64,000 bases of DNA from positions 2,624,001-2,688,000 of the forward strand of contig CAXXJJ010000001.1 of NCBI GenBank assembly GCA_963667015.2. Direction: 5' to 3'. Source of the stretch: Desulfatiglandales bacterium. GTDB taxonomy: Bacteria; Desulfobacterota; DSM-4660; Desulfatiglandales; HGW-15. The translations under genes and the position numbers were made by a program. The notes below the pieces were generated by a model. The model ran no database searches. It saw nothing but the letters and a program-made list of their open reading frames with translations, and was not told the origin of the DNA. Shown one piece after another: positions 46,196 through 56,155 of this stretch (positions are counted from its first letter, which is position 1; each line of letters begins with the position of its first letter).

Positions 46196-46310
46196 AATAT
46201 CCCTCCCATTTTAAAGGTTTTTTGAATAATGTTGAGCAATGAATGAGAGGTATTATACCAGATCCTGTATTATTAGCCAATAAGTATAAAATTGGTGTAA
46301 TAACAGATGG

Positions 46311-47627
46311 TTAGGGTAGTGAGGAGGCAAGGTGCAGATGCACATATGAGGCTACTGTATTTTTTACCCTGTATGCTTTTGCTTTTTCCGCGGGTGTTCC
46401 ACTGTAGATTTGCTGAATATCTGCATTATTATCCATTACCATTTCCGAATAATGAAAACAGTGCCCTCTCAGTTTTTTACCCATTTTTATAAACAAAAAA
46501 TCATCCAGGGGCGAAACTTCGGTATAACCAAGGGACTGAAATCTTGATTTCATAACCGTCCTGAACGGAAGACATCCGCACATGGAAAAGCTTTTTTCGT
46601 CACTGGTTGTTATGGATTTCCCAAGATACATGAGCCCGCCGCATTCTCCGTAAATAAAAGCTCCATTTTCACTTAGTTTTTTTACAGAATTTCTCATGTC
46701 AGTATTTTTTGAGAGTGTATCTGCATACAGTTCAGGGTATCCGCCGCCAAAATAGATGGCATCGATATCTCTTGGAAGAGCCCTGTCGTTAAGAGGACTG
46801 AAAAAAACGGTCTCGTAACCGAGTTGTTTCAAAATATCCATATTGTCATCATAGTAAAAACAGAATGCATTGTCCCTCGCTACTGCCATCCGTGCTTTTG
46901 TTTTTCCAGGAGGATTATCAAACAGTGATCGTTCTCTGATATCAACTTCTGCAACAGTGAGAAGTTTATCCAGGTCAACATGTCGGGATATGATTTCCGC
47001 AAGCCTGTCTATTTTGTTTTCCAGTACACCATCTTCTCCCATAAAAAGGCCGAGATGACGGGAGGGGAGGGTGATATCTTTTACAGTGGGGATGCCTCCC
47101 AGTAAAGGAACAGAACAATATACTGATATTGATTTATTCAGGATCTCCAGGTGTTTTGGGCTTCCAATATTATTCAGGATGATGCCCTTGATATTAACTC
47201 TTTTATCAAACTCTACCAGACCGTTTATTATTGCTGCTGCAGTTCTTGCCATTGATTTTGCATTAAGTACAAGTATAACCGGTACATTGAGTTCCGCAGC
47301 AAGCTCTGCAGTCGAGCCCTGAGGGGAATCGGGTTCTCTTCCGTCATGGAGCCCCATAACACCTTCTATTATGGAAATATCTGCACTGCCGGCACGTGAT
47401 TCAAAGGAGCGGGATAGAAAATCAGAAGGCATCATCCATGTATCAAGGTTTATTGATGGTCTGCCCGTTACTATCCTGTGAAGGCTCGGGTCTATATAAT
47501 CGGGACCAGCCTTAAATCCCTGCACATTATGGCCCTGATTTTTTAGAGCCGCCATAAGCCCCAGAGTAACAGTTGTTTTACCAGTCCCGCTTCCTGCTCC
47601 GGCAATAAGAATGGACTTTGTCTTCAT
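46311..47627 (-). CDS. cbiA: Cobyrinate a,c-diamide synthase (CbiA/CobB)
   Basis: SGTGKTT, KAGPDYIDP, IEGVMGLHDG, AFCFYY, GGGYPE, ECGGLMYL. Confidence 0.95.
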   Translation of the reverse strand: MKTKSILIAGAGSGTGKTTVTLGLMAALKNQGHNVQGFKAGPDYIDPSLHRIVTGRPSINLDTWMMPSDFLSRSFESRAGSADISIIEGVMGLHDGREPDSPQGSTAELAAELNVPVILVLNAKSMARTAAAIINGLVEFDKRVNIKGIILNNIGSPKHLEILNKSISVYCSVPLLGGIPTVKDITLPSRHLGLFMGEDGVLENKIDRLAEIISRHVDLDKLLTVAEVDIRERSLFDNPPGKTKARMAVARDNAFCFYYDDNMDILKQLGYETVFFSPLNDRALPRDIDAIYFGGGYPELYADTLSKNTDMRNSVKKLSENGAFIYGECGGLMYLGKSITTSDEKSFSMCGCLPFRTVMKSRFQSLGYTEVSPLDDFLFIKMGKKLRGHCFHYSEMVMDNNADIQQIYSGTPAEKAKAYRVKNTVASYVHLHLASSLP

Positions 47628-47629
47628 CT

Positions 47630-48391
47630 TTAACCGGCCTTTGTCTCTTTTCTTTCGTATCCGCGTCTTGTAACCATTTTACCATTAATGATCTGGGTAT
47701 CACTGTTTCCAATAACCAGAATGGAATTCATATCCATTTCGGCTTCCATGTAATTATCCAGGGTTCTTATCTCCTGCTTCTGTCCTTTCCTCAGGGCATG
47801 TGTAACAACTCCCACAGGTGTTGTGTTTTCTCTGTGTTTTAGAAACTCCAGATGCAGGAATTCTATTAATTCCTTTCTTTTTTTACTTACAGGATTATAA
47901 ATTACCGTAACCATATCTGATTGAGCCGCAACGGATATTCTTTTTTTAACCGTTTCAGTTGGGGTCAACAGGTTTGAGAGACTGATGGTTATAAAATCAT
48001 TTGAAAGGGGTGACCCAAGGAGAGAGCCCGCTGCAATACCTGCTGTAACGCCCGGTGATACTTCAACCTCCACATCAATTCCTGTCAATTCCATACGCTC
48101 ATACACCAGCCCTGCCATACCGTATATACCTGAATCACCTGAACACACAAGGGATACTGTTTTCCCGACAGAGGCAGCTTCGATTGCCCTGTCAACTCTT
48201 TCAATTTCTTTTGTCATGCCCGTGCTTATTATTTCTTTGTTGATGGCAAAGGGTGCAATAAGCTCAATATAATTTTTATAACCTGCTATAACGTCACTTG
48301 TTTCGAGAAGATGACGTGTATGCACTGTCATATAGTTAATATTTCCCGGTCCAATGCCTAGGACAAAAAGTTTTCCTTTATTATCTGTCAT
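47630..48391 (-). CDS. cbiH: Cobalt-precorrin-3/factor III C17-methyltransferase (CbiH/CobJ)
   Basis: GIGPG, GMTKEIER, SGDSGIYGMAG, ISLSNLLTP, YNP, TRRGY. Confidence 0.93.
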   Translation of the reverse strand: MTDNKGKLFVLGIGPGNINYMTVHTRHLLETSDVIAGYKNYIELIAPFAINKEIISTGMTKEIERVDRAIEAASVGKTVSLVCSGDSGIYGMAGLVYERMELTGIDVEVEVSPGVTAGIAAGSLLGSPLSNDFITISLSNLLTPTETVKKRISVAAQSDMVTVIYNPVSKKRKELIEFLHLEFLKHRENTTPVGVVTHALRKGQKQEIRTLDNYMEAEMDMNSILVIGNSDTQIINGKMVTRRGYERKETKAG

Positions 48392-48392
48392 T

Positions 48393-49481
48393 TTAATAAT
48401 CCATTTTCTTTCGTGCGATAGCCAGTGTCATATTTCCTGACTTTATTTTGTTTGTTATAAGTCCTGAGCCTTTTCCAGCGCATAACAGCGCAGCAGGCTC
48501 TGCAACTCCGTATGCCCCGACATATTTATAAACATGCTCAGAGGGTTTCGACATACCCGTATATTCAACGCTGTTCAGTTCTTCCGCGCTGTAATATATT
48601 AATTCGCAGTTAATTGATTCACAATAGGCCACAAGGCCCGGTTCATCCTTTTTTTTGTCTATAGTAGCCACATCTGCAATTGATAGAGGTGAGATGGCCT
48701 TTTGATCCAGAACCCTTTCTACAGTAGAGGCAATCTCATCTTTGCCTGTGCTGCTGTTGCACCCTATGCCCAGTACAATGTTTGGCGGCCTTATAAACAG
48801 GACCTTTTTTAAAACATCCGGCGGTATACTGAATTGCTTTTCAGAGACAATGCATATGGCAGAATATTCATTTGGGTTGACATCTATAATATGATTATAG
48901 TGATCGGGCCTGTAGTCTGCTTTTCCATAATATATGTTAAATAAATCAGTATCAGAAATAAATGCGACAGGTTCGTTCTTCAGCATGGCTGAAGATACAG
49001 TCTTTATCATTTCCCTGCTTTCAACCTTTGCCCCAATTTCCATTGCAATCGTATCAACAGCAGTAATATTGTTTATATCTGTTGCAGTGGTAATAACCGG
49101 ATGCCCATTCAGTATATCTGCCAGTTGAAGTGTAAGGGCATTTGCACCTCCCATGTGCCCTGATAAGAGGCTTATTATATTTTTCCCCATCTCATCCATA
49201 ACTACTATAGCCGGATCAATTGTTTTATTTTTAATAAGAGTGCATATACTGCGTATGACAATTCCCGCAGCCATAATGAATACATGGGCTTTGTAATTAT
49301 GAAATTCTGTCCGGACGCAGGCGCTGAAATTATCATACCCGCTGATACGAGGATTATCATATGTCTCTTTTAAAGATACCGGTGTAAAAATGTTTTTTAC
49401 ACCCGTCATACCCCTGATCTTGAGTGCAGTTCTCAAGCCTCTCTCATTCAGTGCCCATATTGCTATTGATTGTTTGTCCAT
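48393..49481 (-). CDS. cbiG: Cobalt-precorrin-5A hydrolase
   Basis: MAAGIVIR, DPAIVVMDE, LLSGHMGGAN, VITTATD, LGIGC, GVAEPAA. Confidence 0.93.
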   Translation of the reverse strand: MDKQSIAIWALNERGLRTALKIRGMTGVKNIFTPVSLKETYDNPRISGYDNFSACVRTEFHNYKAHVFIMAAGIVIRSICTLIKNKTIDPAIVVMDEMGKNIISLLSGHMGGANALTLQLADILNGHPVITTATDINNITAVDTIAMEIGAKVESREMIKTVSSAMLKNEPVAFISDTDLFNIYYGKADYRPDHYNHIIDVNPNEYSAICIVSEKQFSIPPDVLKKVLFIRPPNIVLGIGCNSSTGKDEIASTVERVLDQKAISPLSIADVATIDKKKDEPGLVAYCESINCELIYYSAEELNSVEYTGMSKPSEHVYKYVGAYGVAEPAALLCAGKGSGLITNKIKSGNMTLAIARKKMDY

Positions 49482-50251
49482 CCTGTTGCTTCCCTTTTAT
49501 CTGCACCATAAAGAATGGACCTGCTACCAGTTTTCGTTTTATTGTCAAAGACATCTCCTACCAGTATCAGTGCCTGCCGTTTAAGATTATTTTCCTTTAT
49601 TTGATCAGCAATATGTTCAATTGTTGTATGGAATAATTTCTGATCCGGCCATCCGACGCGATAGGCTATAACCGCAGGTGTGTCCGCAGGATATGTCTTT
49701 GACAGTTTCTCGACAACCGCTTCAGACCTGTGAGTGCTCAGAAAGATAACCATGGTGGCCTGGTGTTCCGCCAGTTTTTCAAGGTCTTCTTTTTCCGGCA
49801 CAGGTGTCTCACCCTGAATCCGTGTAAAAATAGCGGTCTGGGTTATATTCGGGAATGTGAACTCGGTTTTTAAGGCTGCGGCCGCTGCCATGGCCGATGA
49901 TATGCCCGGTATTACTTCATATTCTATATTGTCCCTGTCAAGAAGGGCCATCTGTTCACTTGTTGCGCCATACATGGATGGGTCTCCGGTATGTATTCGT
50001 GCGACATTTTTCCCGTCCTTAATTGCCTTTACAATAAGATCATGAGTTTCTTCAAGCGTCAGGTCCGCGCTGCTGTGAATATCTTTGGAAGATAGATCTG
50101 TATGCGGCATGAACACGCTGTCAGGGACCAGGGAGCCGGCATAGATAATTAACCCAGCTTTACTGATTCTATTAATAGCTTTCAGTGTAATCAGTTCCGG
50201 GTCCCCCGGGCCGGCCCCTATAAAACTTACTATAGACATTTTATTCTCCAT
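49463..50251 (-). CDS. cbiF: Cobalt-precorrin-4 C11-methyltransferase (CbiF/CobM)
   Basis: GAGPGDPELIT, YAGSLV, RIHTGDPSMYGA, VGWPDQ. Confidence 0.95.
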   Translation of the reverse strand: MENKMSIVSFIGAGPGDPELITLKAINRISKAGLIIYAGSLVPDSVFMPHTDLSSKDIHSSADLTLEETHDLIVKAIKDGKNVARIHTGDPSMYGATSEQMALLDRDNIEYEVIPGISSAMAAAAALKTEFTFPNITQTAIFTRIQGETPVPEKEDLEKLAEHQATMVIFLSTHRSEAVVEKLSKTYPADTPAVIAYRVGWPDQKLFHTTIEHIADQIKENNLKRQALILVGDVFDNKTKTGSRSILYGADKREATGWTNNQ

Positions 50252-50960
50252 ATTTTTTTTTAATTAAAACCGTACTCATATAGTGCGGCTTGTAATCCTG
50301 TGGTATATCCGAGATCCGGAATACCTTTTCTTCGCTGGTAGATGCTCTTTCAACAATATAGGATGTCTCTGATAAACCCTTTTTATCAAGCAATGCCCTG
50401 ATGGGTCCTATGCTGCTGTGGGCCTTCATAAGTACAACTGTTTCAAATATATCAATATAGGTTTCTATGTTATCTATTGCATAAGTCGCTGGAATTACAG
50501 CAAGCTTTTCTTCGGAATAGACCATGGGGATACCTGATGCTGATGCAGTTGCGTTTATGGAACTAACTCCAGGAATAAAGTGGATATCAATGTCCCTGTT
50601 TCCCATTGACACAAACAGATTGCCTGCTGTTGAGTAAATTGTAGAACAGCCGACAGTTATGAATACTCCTGTTTCACCTTCTGCCAGTTCATTGTCTATT
50701 ATCTCGGCAGAAGGTTCTGCTGCTGATATTATTTTATCAGCCCCTTTTACCATGGGGAAATGCAGAAAATGCACCCGTTTTTTCTTTAGATCTATAATGT
50801 CGCCAACAATTTTCATGGCAATGGAATCATCGGATGATTTTTTACCTGCCGGGAAAAAGAGGACATCACATTCTTGTATGAGTCTTACAGCCTTTAAGGT
50901 CAAAAGTTCAGGGTCTCCAGGACCAATACCAATAAAGTACAAATTGCGTTTATTTTTCAT
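50241..50960 (-). CDS. cbiL: Cobalt-factor II C20-methyltransferase (CbiL/CobI)
   Basis: GIGPGDPELLTLKA, FPM, TIYST, IPGVSS, VVLMK, HYMS. Confidence 0.9.
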   Translation of the reverse strand: MKNKRNLYFIGIGPGDPELLTLKAVRLIQECDVLFFPAGKKSSDDSIAMKIVGDIIDLKKKRVHFLHFPMVKGADKIISAAEPSAEIIDNELAEGETGVFITVGCSTIYSTAGNLFVSMGNRDIDIHFIPGVSSINATASASGIPMVYSEEKLAVIPATYAIDNIETYIDIFETVVLMKAHSSIGPIRALLDKKGLSETSYIVERASTSEEKVFRISDIPQDYKPHYMSTVLIKKKYGE

Positions 50961-52180
50961 TTTTTTACCGTGAATATAGTTACAGAGTTTTCAGGTTTTA
51001 ACATGTGGTACCCGGACAGGGAGTGCTGTCTTGATACGTGCATTTCAATAATATCAAATTCTCTGGCCTCGGACATACAAAAACTTCTTGCCGTCTCAAA
51101 GGCTTCCAGTGTGACTGTATTTATAACCATTACACCCTTATCCCTTAAAGCCTTATAGCTGAAGGTAAGAAGGGCAGACAGATCTTTACCTCCCCCTCCA
51201 AAAAAAATTCTATCAGGCAGGGGCAGGGACGGGCAGATGTTAATAGCATCTCCATGAACTGGAACAATGTTATGTGCATTGTGGCTTTCTTTGTTTTTAA
51301 TAACTCTGGTTATTCTTTCTTCGTTTTTTTCAATACAATATACATTTAACAGCGGATCGAGAAGGGCTGCTTCAATACCCACAGAACCGGAACCTGCACC
51401 AATATCCCACATTACCTCACTGTTTTTCAGCATAAGTTTTGAAAGAGTTACTGCCCTTACTTCAGGATGAGTTATCATATTGGCATCATGTTCAAATTCA
51501 TCATCCTCTCTCCCAAAATATGTATATGCTCCCGGTTTTAGAGGAGATGGATTTTCAAGAATCAGAAGGTTTGGAAAATTAAATGTATTATTGTAATAAA
51601 GCTTATCAAGAGTTCCACTCCTTATTAATTCATTTTCCAACCCCAGGCGTTCGCATATATGCCCATGCCATGAAACAGCCCATGGATATCTGGTTATCAG
51701 GTTTTTAATAACATCTCCAGGAGTATGATTTTCAGAAGTAAATATGACTGAAACATTATGGTAACATGCCTTTTCGAGGGTTTCCTTTTGCGATGCATGC
51801 CTGTTGATTACCAGAGTGTTGTCAGTTTTTAAACCGAGTCTTGAAAGGGCAGTTTGAATTGCCGATACCCCGGGGTAGACCTCTACCGAGTCAATACCAA
51901 ATTCTTTAATAAGCGTATTTCCAATTCCGTAAAGAAGAGGATCTCCGCTTGCAAGAACTGAAGTGCTTAAACCCTTTTCCATGTGCTGATTAAGGGCATT
52001 GAGTAAACCCTGGATATCATGTGTTATGGGAATTTTTATTCCTTTGAAATCTGCAAAACTGTCCAGGTGCCTTTTCCCTCCTGCAAGAACATCGGAAGAG
52101 TATACAAGCTGTTTTTTCTCAGCAGCCATTTCCTTTGTACTGGCATCGAGGCCTATTATTTTTATTTTCATTTTTCCCAT
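50957..52180 (-). CDS. cbiET: Cobalt-precorrin-7 C5-methyltransferase / precorrin-6B C15-methyltransferase fusion (CbiET/CobL)
   Basis: GGKRHL, LASGDPLLYGIG, ERLG; ITHPEVRA, WDIGAGSGSVGIE. Confidence 0.93.
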   Translation of the reverse strand: MGKMKIKIIGLDASTKEMAAEKKQLVYSSDVLAGGKRHLDSFADFKGIKIPITHDIQGLLNALNQHMEKGLSTSVLASGDPLLYGIGNTLIKEFGIDSVEVYPGVSAIQTALSRLGLKTDNTLVINRHASQKETLEKACYHNVSVIFTSENHTPGDVIKNLITRYPWAVSWHGHICERLGLENELIRSGTLDKLYYNNTFNFPNLLILENPSPLKPGAYTYFGREDDEFEHDANMITHPEVRAVTLSKLMLKNSEVMWDIGAGSGSVGIEAALLDPLLNVYCIEKNEERITRVIKNKESHNAHNIVPVHGDAINICPSLPLPDRIFFGGGGKDLSALLTFSYKALRDKGVMVINTVTLEAFETARSFCMSEAREFDIIEMHVSRQHSLSGYHMLKPENSVTIFTVKK

Positions 52181-53271
52181 TCTTTACAAAGCTTCTCATT
52201 ATAATCAAAAAGGCATATAGTGATATCTACCCTGTTATCACTCATGTTTCCAGCGTTTTTAACAGCCATAGCTCCCATCAGATCAATAAAAATATCCTTA
52301 TCCTTAAAATCGGATTCAAAGATTTGTCTGGCATTGTTTGCTGTTTTAACAAACTCGCCGAACATAGTTGAACATCCATTATCAAGGGCAACCTGGGAGA
52401 GAAAATCAAAATCGATCAGGCCTGATCTTGCGTGGGTATATTTCATGTTCATTGCCCACTTGCACAGCTTTCCGAAAAAGCATGAAAGGACAATATGTTT
52501 AAATCCTGTTTTACTTGCCTGTTTTAATGCATGAGAGAAGAAATCCGCTGTCTGGACAAAGCATTTTTGATCAAGCTCGGGATAGAGCTTTTGAGCCAGT
52601 TTTTCGCTCTTTCTACCGGTTGAAAGAACACATGTTTCCTGATTGTTGTACCTTGCTGATCTCAGGCATATATCTATCGTATCCTTGTAGCTTTTAGCTG
52701 AATAGGGCTTAACAATGCCGGTTGTACCCAGTACTGAAAGTCCTCCTGTAATCCCGAGCCTCGGGTTGAGGGTGTTTTTTGCAAGCAATTCACCGTCTTT
52801 TATGAACACTGTTACAGTTATTTCATAGGTCTTACCTTCAGGTATTCGCCGAATAACCTCGTGTTCTATCATCCTTCTGGGAACAGGATTAATGGCCGGT
52901 TCTCCTTCTTTTACAGGAAGGCCGGGCCTTGTTACTATTCCTACACCCTCACCACCCCTTATCAGTACCGTGCTTACCGGATGCGGCTTTACATATAACT
53001 GGGCACCTATCATTGCCCCGTGGGTTATATCTGGATCATCTCCTGCATCTTTGATAACAACAGCGCTCGCAATAAAATTTTCTTCACCTGACAGCCCTTT
53101 GCCTGTTTTATATACAGCTATAGATATTTCCCTTTCATTGTCAGGTAAATGAATTTTAACTGATTCAGGAGTCGATCCAAAAAATGTCTCAACAGCCGCA
53201 GCAGCAGCTGCAGCCGCACATGATCCGGTTGTTATCCCTTCTTTAAGCTTTTTCTTTTTATCAATGCCCAT
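52168..53271 (-). CDS. cbiD: Cobalt-precorrin-5B C1-methyltransferase
   Basis: GITTGSCAAAAA, KDAGDDPDITHG, AINPVPR, TLNPRLGITGGLSVLGTTG. Confidence 0.96.
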   Translation of the reverse strand: MGIDKKKKLKEGITTGSCAAAAAAAAVETFFGSTPESVKIHLPDNEREISIAVYKTGKGLSGEENFIASAVVIKDAGDDPDITHGAMIGAQLYVKPHPVSTVLIRGGEGVGIVTRPGLPVKEGEPAINPVPRRMIEHEVIRRIPEGKTYEITVTVFIKDGELLAKNTLNPRLGITGGLSVLGTTGIVKPYSAKSYKDTIDICLRSARYNNQETCVLSTGRKSEKLAQKLYPELDQKCFVQTADFFSHALKQASKTGFKHIVLSCFFGKLCKWAMNMKYTHARSGLIDFDFLSQVALDNGCSTMFGEFVKTANNARQIFESDFKDKDIFIDLMGAMAVKNAGNMSDNRVDITICLFDYNEKLCKEWEK

Positions 53272-53773
53272 GACTGTGTGAGTGTGAATGACCGTGGTGT
53301 TCAGAATAATGTTTTGCCTCTTCAGGGTCCATCTCTACAAATTCTCCCTGTCCTTCGGGAACAGGAAAGGAATGACGCGGGGCCAGCTTTAAATCCCTTA
53401 CATCGGGGAGTTCGGCAGACTCTTCTATTCGTTTATAAAGTATGTCAGCAAATACATCATCAAAGCCGAGCTGTTTTCCGTATACCAGTTTTATGTCCGG
53501 ATATTTTTTGGCTTCTTCCTGCATCATCTCGGGTATGTCCAGCCTGATGTGGAGCCCCATGTTTAAAAAATAGGGGATTACGGTAATCTCCTTTGCGCCA
53601 TCCTTAACACACTTTTCAAGTGTTTCCGGAAAGTGAGGTCCCAGCCTGGACATAAAGCAGCTTACAACCATGTCCAGGTTATATTTTTCCTTCAAGAGTT
53701 TCCCTGCCTGTTCCATGTCTTTGCCTGCCCCTGGGACACGGCTTCCATGACCTAATAAAATAATTGCTCTCAT
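53261..53773 (-). CDS. cbiX: Short CbiX/SirB-type class II chelatase with His-rich tail
   Basis: ILLGHGSR, IPYFL..GLH...DIP, C-terminal HHGHSHSHSHGH. Confidence 0.88.
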   Translation of the reverse strand: MRAIILLGHGSRVPGAGKDMEQAGKLLKEKYNLDMVVSCFMSRLGPHFPETLEKCVKDGAKEITVIPYFLNMGLHIRLDIPEMMQEEAKKYPDIKLVYGKQLGFDDVFADILYKRIEESAELPDVRDLKLAPRHSFPVPEGQGEFVEMDPEEAKHYSEHHGHSHSHSHGH

Positions 53774-54417
53774 TTCTTATTCTCCTCTATCGCAAGGATG
53801 GATATTGCATTTATCGCAGCAACCACAAAGGTGGTTCCGCCTCTCCTCCCGTCCATCAATATATATGGAATATCCATTTCCCTGATCATTTCCTTAGTTT
53901 CAACCACATTAATAAATCCCACTGGCATGGCTAATATTAAGGCTGGTACAATATTTTCTTCTTTTATCAGCCTCATGACTTCCCACAGTGCAGTGGGCGC
54001 GTTTCCAATACAGATTATGCCTCCATTAACCTTGTCCTTTAGAGATCTGAAATTAAATACAGAGCGGGGCAGTTTATGTTGTTTTGCAAGCTGCCCCACT
54101 TCTTTGTCCGCAATATTGCAGTAAATATTTCCATCCCTGTATGACGGGTGCAACCGGCTCAAACGTGCCCTTGAAATACCGCTTTTAAGCATTGTACTGT
54201 CTGTAATAATGGGTGCCCCGTTTTTCATGGCGTCAATCCCCTTTGATATTGCATTTTTATTAAACTTTACCAGCGGGAGTATGTTGAAATCCGCAGAGGC
54301 ATGTACCATACGCCTGATAACGGCCCATTCATAGGGTTCAAAGCCGTGATTCCCGGCCTCCCTGTCAATGGTATCCATACTCATCTGTTCTATTTTATCA
54401 CCTGTAACCAGATCCAT
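53770..54417 (-). CDS. cbiC: Cobalt-precorrin-8 methylmutase (CbiC/CobH)
   Basis: IEQMSM, RRMVHASAD, IGNAPTAL, PVGF, GRRGGT. Confidence 0.93.
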   Translation of the reverse strand: MDLVTGDKIEQMSMDTIDREAGNHGFEPYEWAVIRRMVHASADFNILPLVKFNKNAISKGIDAMKNGAPIITDSTMLKSGISRARLSRLHPSYRDGNIYCNIADKEVGQLAKQHKLPRSVFNFRSLKDKVNGGIICIGNAPTALWEVMRLIKEENIVPALILAMPVGFINVVETKEMIREMDIPYILMDGRRGGTTFVVAAINAISILAIEENKK

Positions 54418-54429
54418 AATAACTCCCTT

Positions 54430-54792
54430 TTATTCTCCTTCAGGTACATAAACCATTGATCCATCCTCAAGACGATAGGCAATACCAAGGCGTTCACCCT
54501 GTCCTGATGCCTTTGACTGGGATACCTTCATTGTTTTGACCTTCTTGCCTTTTTTAGTAATGATCTCCATCTCACCGTTTTTTGACTGTTTCATGATTGT
54601 CAGCTCCGATGTCTGATCGAACAGATCCTGGAGATGATATGCACTGAATAGTGTCATGAGCAGTCCTACAATAAATACCAGTCCTATATCAAACAGGTTG
54701 GCAACACCGGTCATGGGGTCATCATCACTGAAGGCCTGGGCGCCCAGGCTTTTCCCTATTCTCATTGTTCGTCTTTTTTGAAGATACTTCAT
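54430..54792 (-). CDS. DUF2149 (HmuV-like) protein, second copy
   Basis: DPMTGVANLFD, MEIITKKG, LGIAYRLEDGSMVYVP. Confidence 0.85.
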   Translation of the reverse strand: MKYLQKRRTMRIGKSLGAQAFSDDDPMTGVANLFDIGLVFIVGLLMTLFSAYHLQDLFDQTSELTIMKQSKNGEMEIITKKGKKVKTMKVSQSKASGQGERLGIAYRLEDGSMVYVPEGE

Positions 54793-55403
54793 TTCTTAAC
54801 CTTTTCTGTTTCGGAAATAAGAAATTCGGTTGCCAGTTCCATGTTTTTTACATCAACTTCTATCCAGCGGCGCTTTACCGTATAAAAAAAGAAGGAAGCT
54901 GTACCAATAGCAAGGCCTACAACTGTTGTTGTAAATGCAATAACAAGATCGGTTGTAAGCTTGGTCATGTCGCCCTGACCAAGTGCAGCCAGGCCCGTGC
55001 CCATTGGTATCAGCGTCCCTATGAGCCCGAGTGACGGAGCAACCCTTACAAGTATCCTGAGTTTGTCTATTGACTTCCACAATGCCATTGTTGTTTCCTG
55101 TAAAAGGTTCTCAATAGCTGCTTCTGCCTTGGTGTCTTTGAGATTGATCTCTTTCAGCGAACGGATATATTCACATACCCTGTGAGAAAGCATTCCCGAA
55201 GATGTTCCGTTTTTTAAAATATCAGGGAGATCCTGTGGTCGATACTTATCGAGTCTCATTATTTCTACCCATTCCGCAAAAAAAGATCCTGCGTACACTA
55301 TTATCAATAAGGTCAAAAAGACCAGAAGAAGTAAAACCGGATATAAAAGTGACGAAGATATCAGGTATATAAAGGCCTTAAGCATTGCCCCTATGTCCAT
55401 CAT
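54789..55403 (-). CDS. MotA/TolQ/ExbB family protein (HmuU-like), second copy
   Basis: APSLGLIGTLIPM, AFTTTVVGL. Confidence 0.88.
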   Translation of the reverse strand: MMDIGAMLKAFIYLISSSLLYPVLLLLVFLTLLIIVYAGSFFAEWVEIMRLDKYRPQDLPDILKNGTSSGMLSHRVCEYIRSLKEINLKDTKAEAAIENLLQETTMALWKSIDKLRILVRVAPSLGLIGTLIPMGTGLAALGQGDMTKLTTDLVIAFTTTVVGLAIGTASFFFYTVKRRWIEVDVKNMELATEFLISETEKVKK

Positions 55404-56152
55404 ATAACTCTCCTTATTATTTGTTTTAGTTTGTAGGAAAAGCCGCTGACAAATGCCAGGGTTGTAATTAGTGCAAATGGTACAAGGTATAGAACTTCAT
55501 GGGATTTATTCTGTCCTTTGTACATTGCAAGGCGGTAGACTTTATCCAGGTCTGAAAAATTAGGCATAACAGTTACTGAAAGAAAAAAGTATACTGCTAT
55601 AAGCAGCATAATACCGCCAAGAAGTGATTCGGGCTGAAAATCCCGGGATTTCCTGTAAGTAGAGATTAAAATCATTGTGATAATATTTATTACCATAAAT
55701 GATGCATACAGGCCGGATACAACAATAAGGGGTGTGTTCGGGTAAAGCGTTATTAAAAACGAGGTGGAAACAAAAATTACTGTTACACATACAGGGCAGG
55801 GGAGGCTTAGAAGCATCCACCCTCTGCTTTTCTTATGCAGTGTACCCTTTCTGTGCCTGAGCAGCATAATTCCCCAGATCATCATAAACAATGCCATTAT
55901 CAGATGTATTGTCATGCCGGACCGGATAAACTGTTGTATCTTCATTAGATGAGTTACAGGATCAATCTTTTTTATAAAAACAAGGACTGCGAAAAAAATA
56001 ACCATATAGATCAAAGCAAAAAATAAAAACCCTGCGGACTTTGTTTTGATTTTATTGTTCCCGGAGAAAAGATAAGCCAGCCCCGCACCGCTTTTTATGG
56101 CGAAAATGCCGATACTTAAAAATACTCCAAGTATGAGACTTTGATATTCCAT
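55400..56152 (-). CDS. DUF2162 (HmuT-like) membrane protein, second copy
   Basis: FAIKSGAG, LPCPVC, multiple TM segments. Confidence 0.82.
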   Translation of the reverse strand: MEYQSLILGVFLSIGIFAIKSGAGLAYLFSGNNKIKTKSAGFLFFALIYMVIFFAVLVFIKKIDPVTHLMKIQQFIRSGMTIHLIMALFMMIWGIMLLRHRKGTLHKKSRGWMLLSLPCPVCVTVIFVSTSFLITLYPNTPLIVVSGLYASFMVINIITMILISTYRKSRDFQPESLLGGIMLLIAVYFFLSVTVMPNFSDLDKVYRLAMYKGQNKSHEVLYLVPFALITTLAFVSGFSYKLKQIIRRVI

Positions 56153-56155
56153 GAT

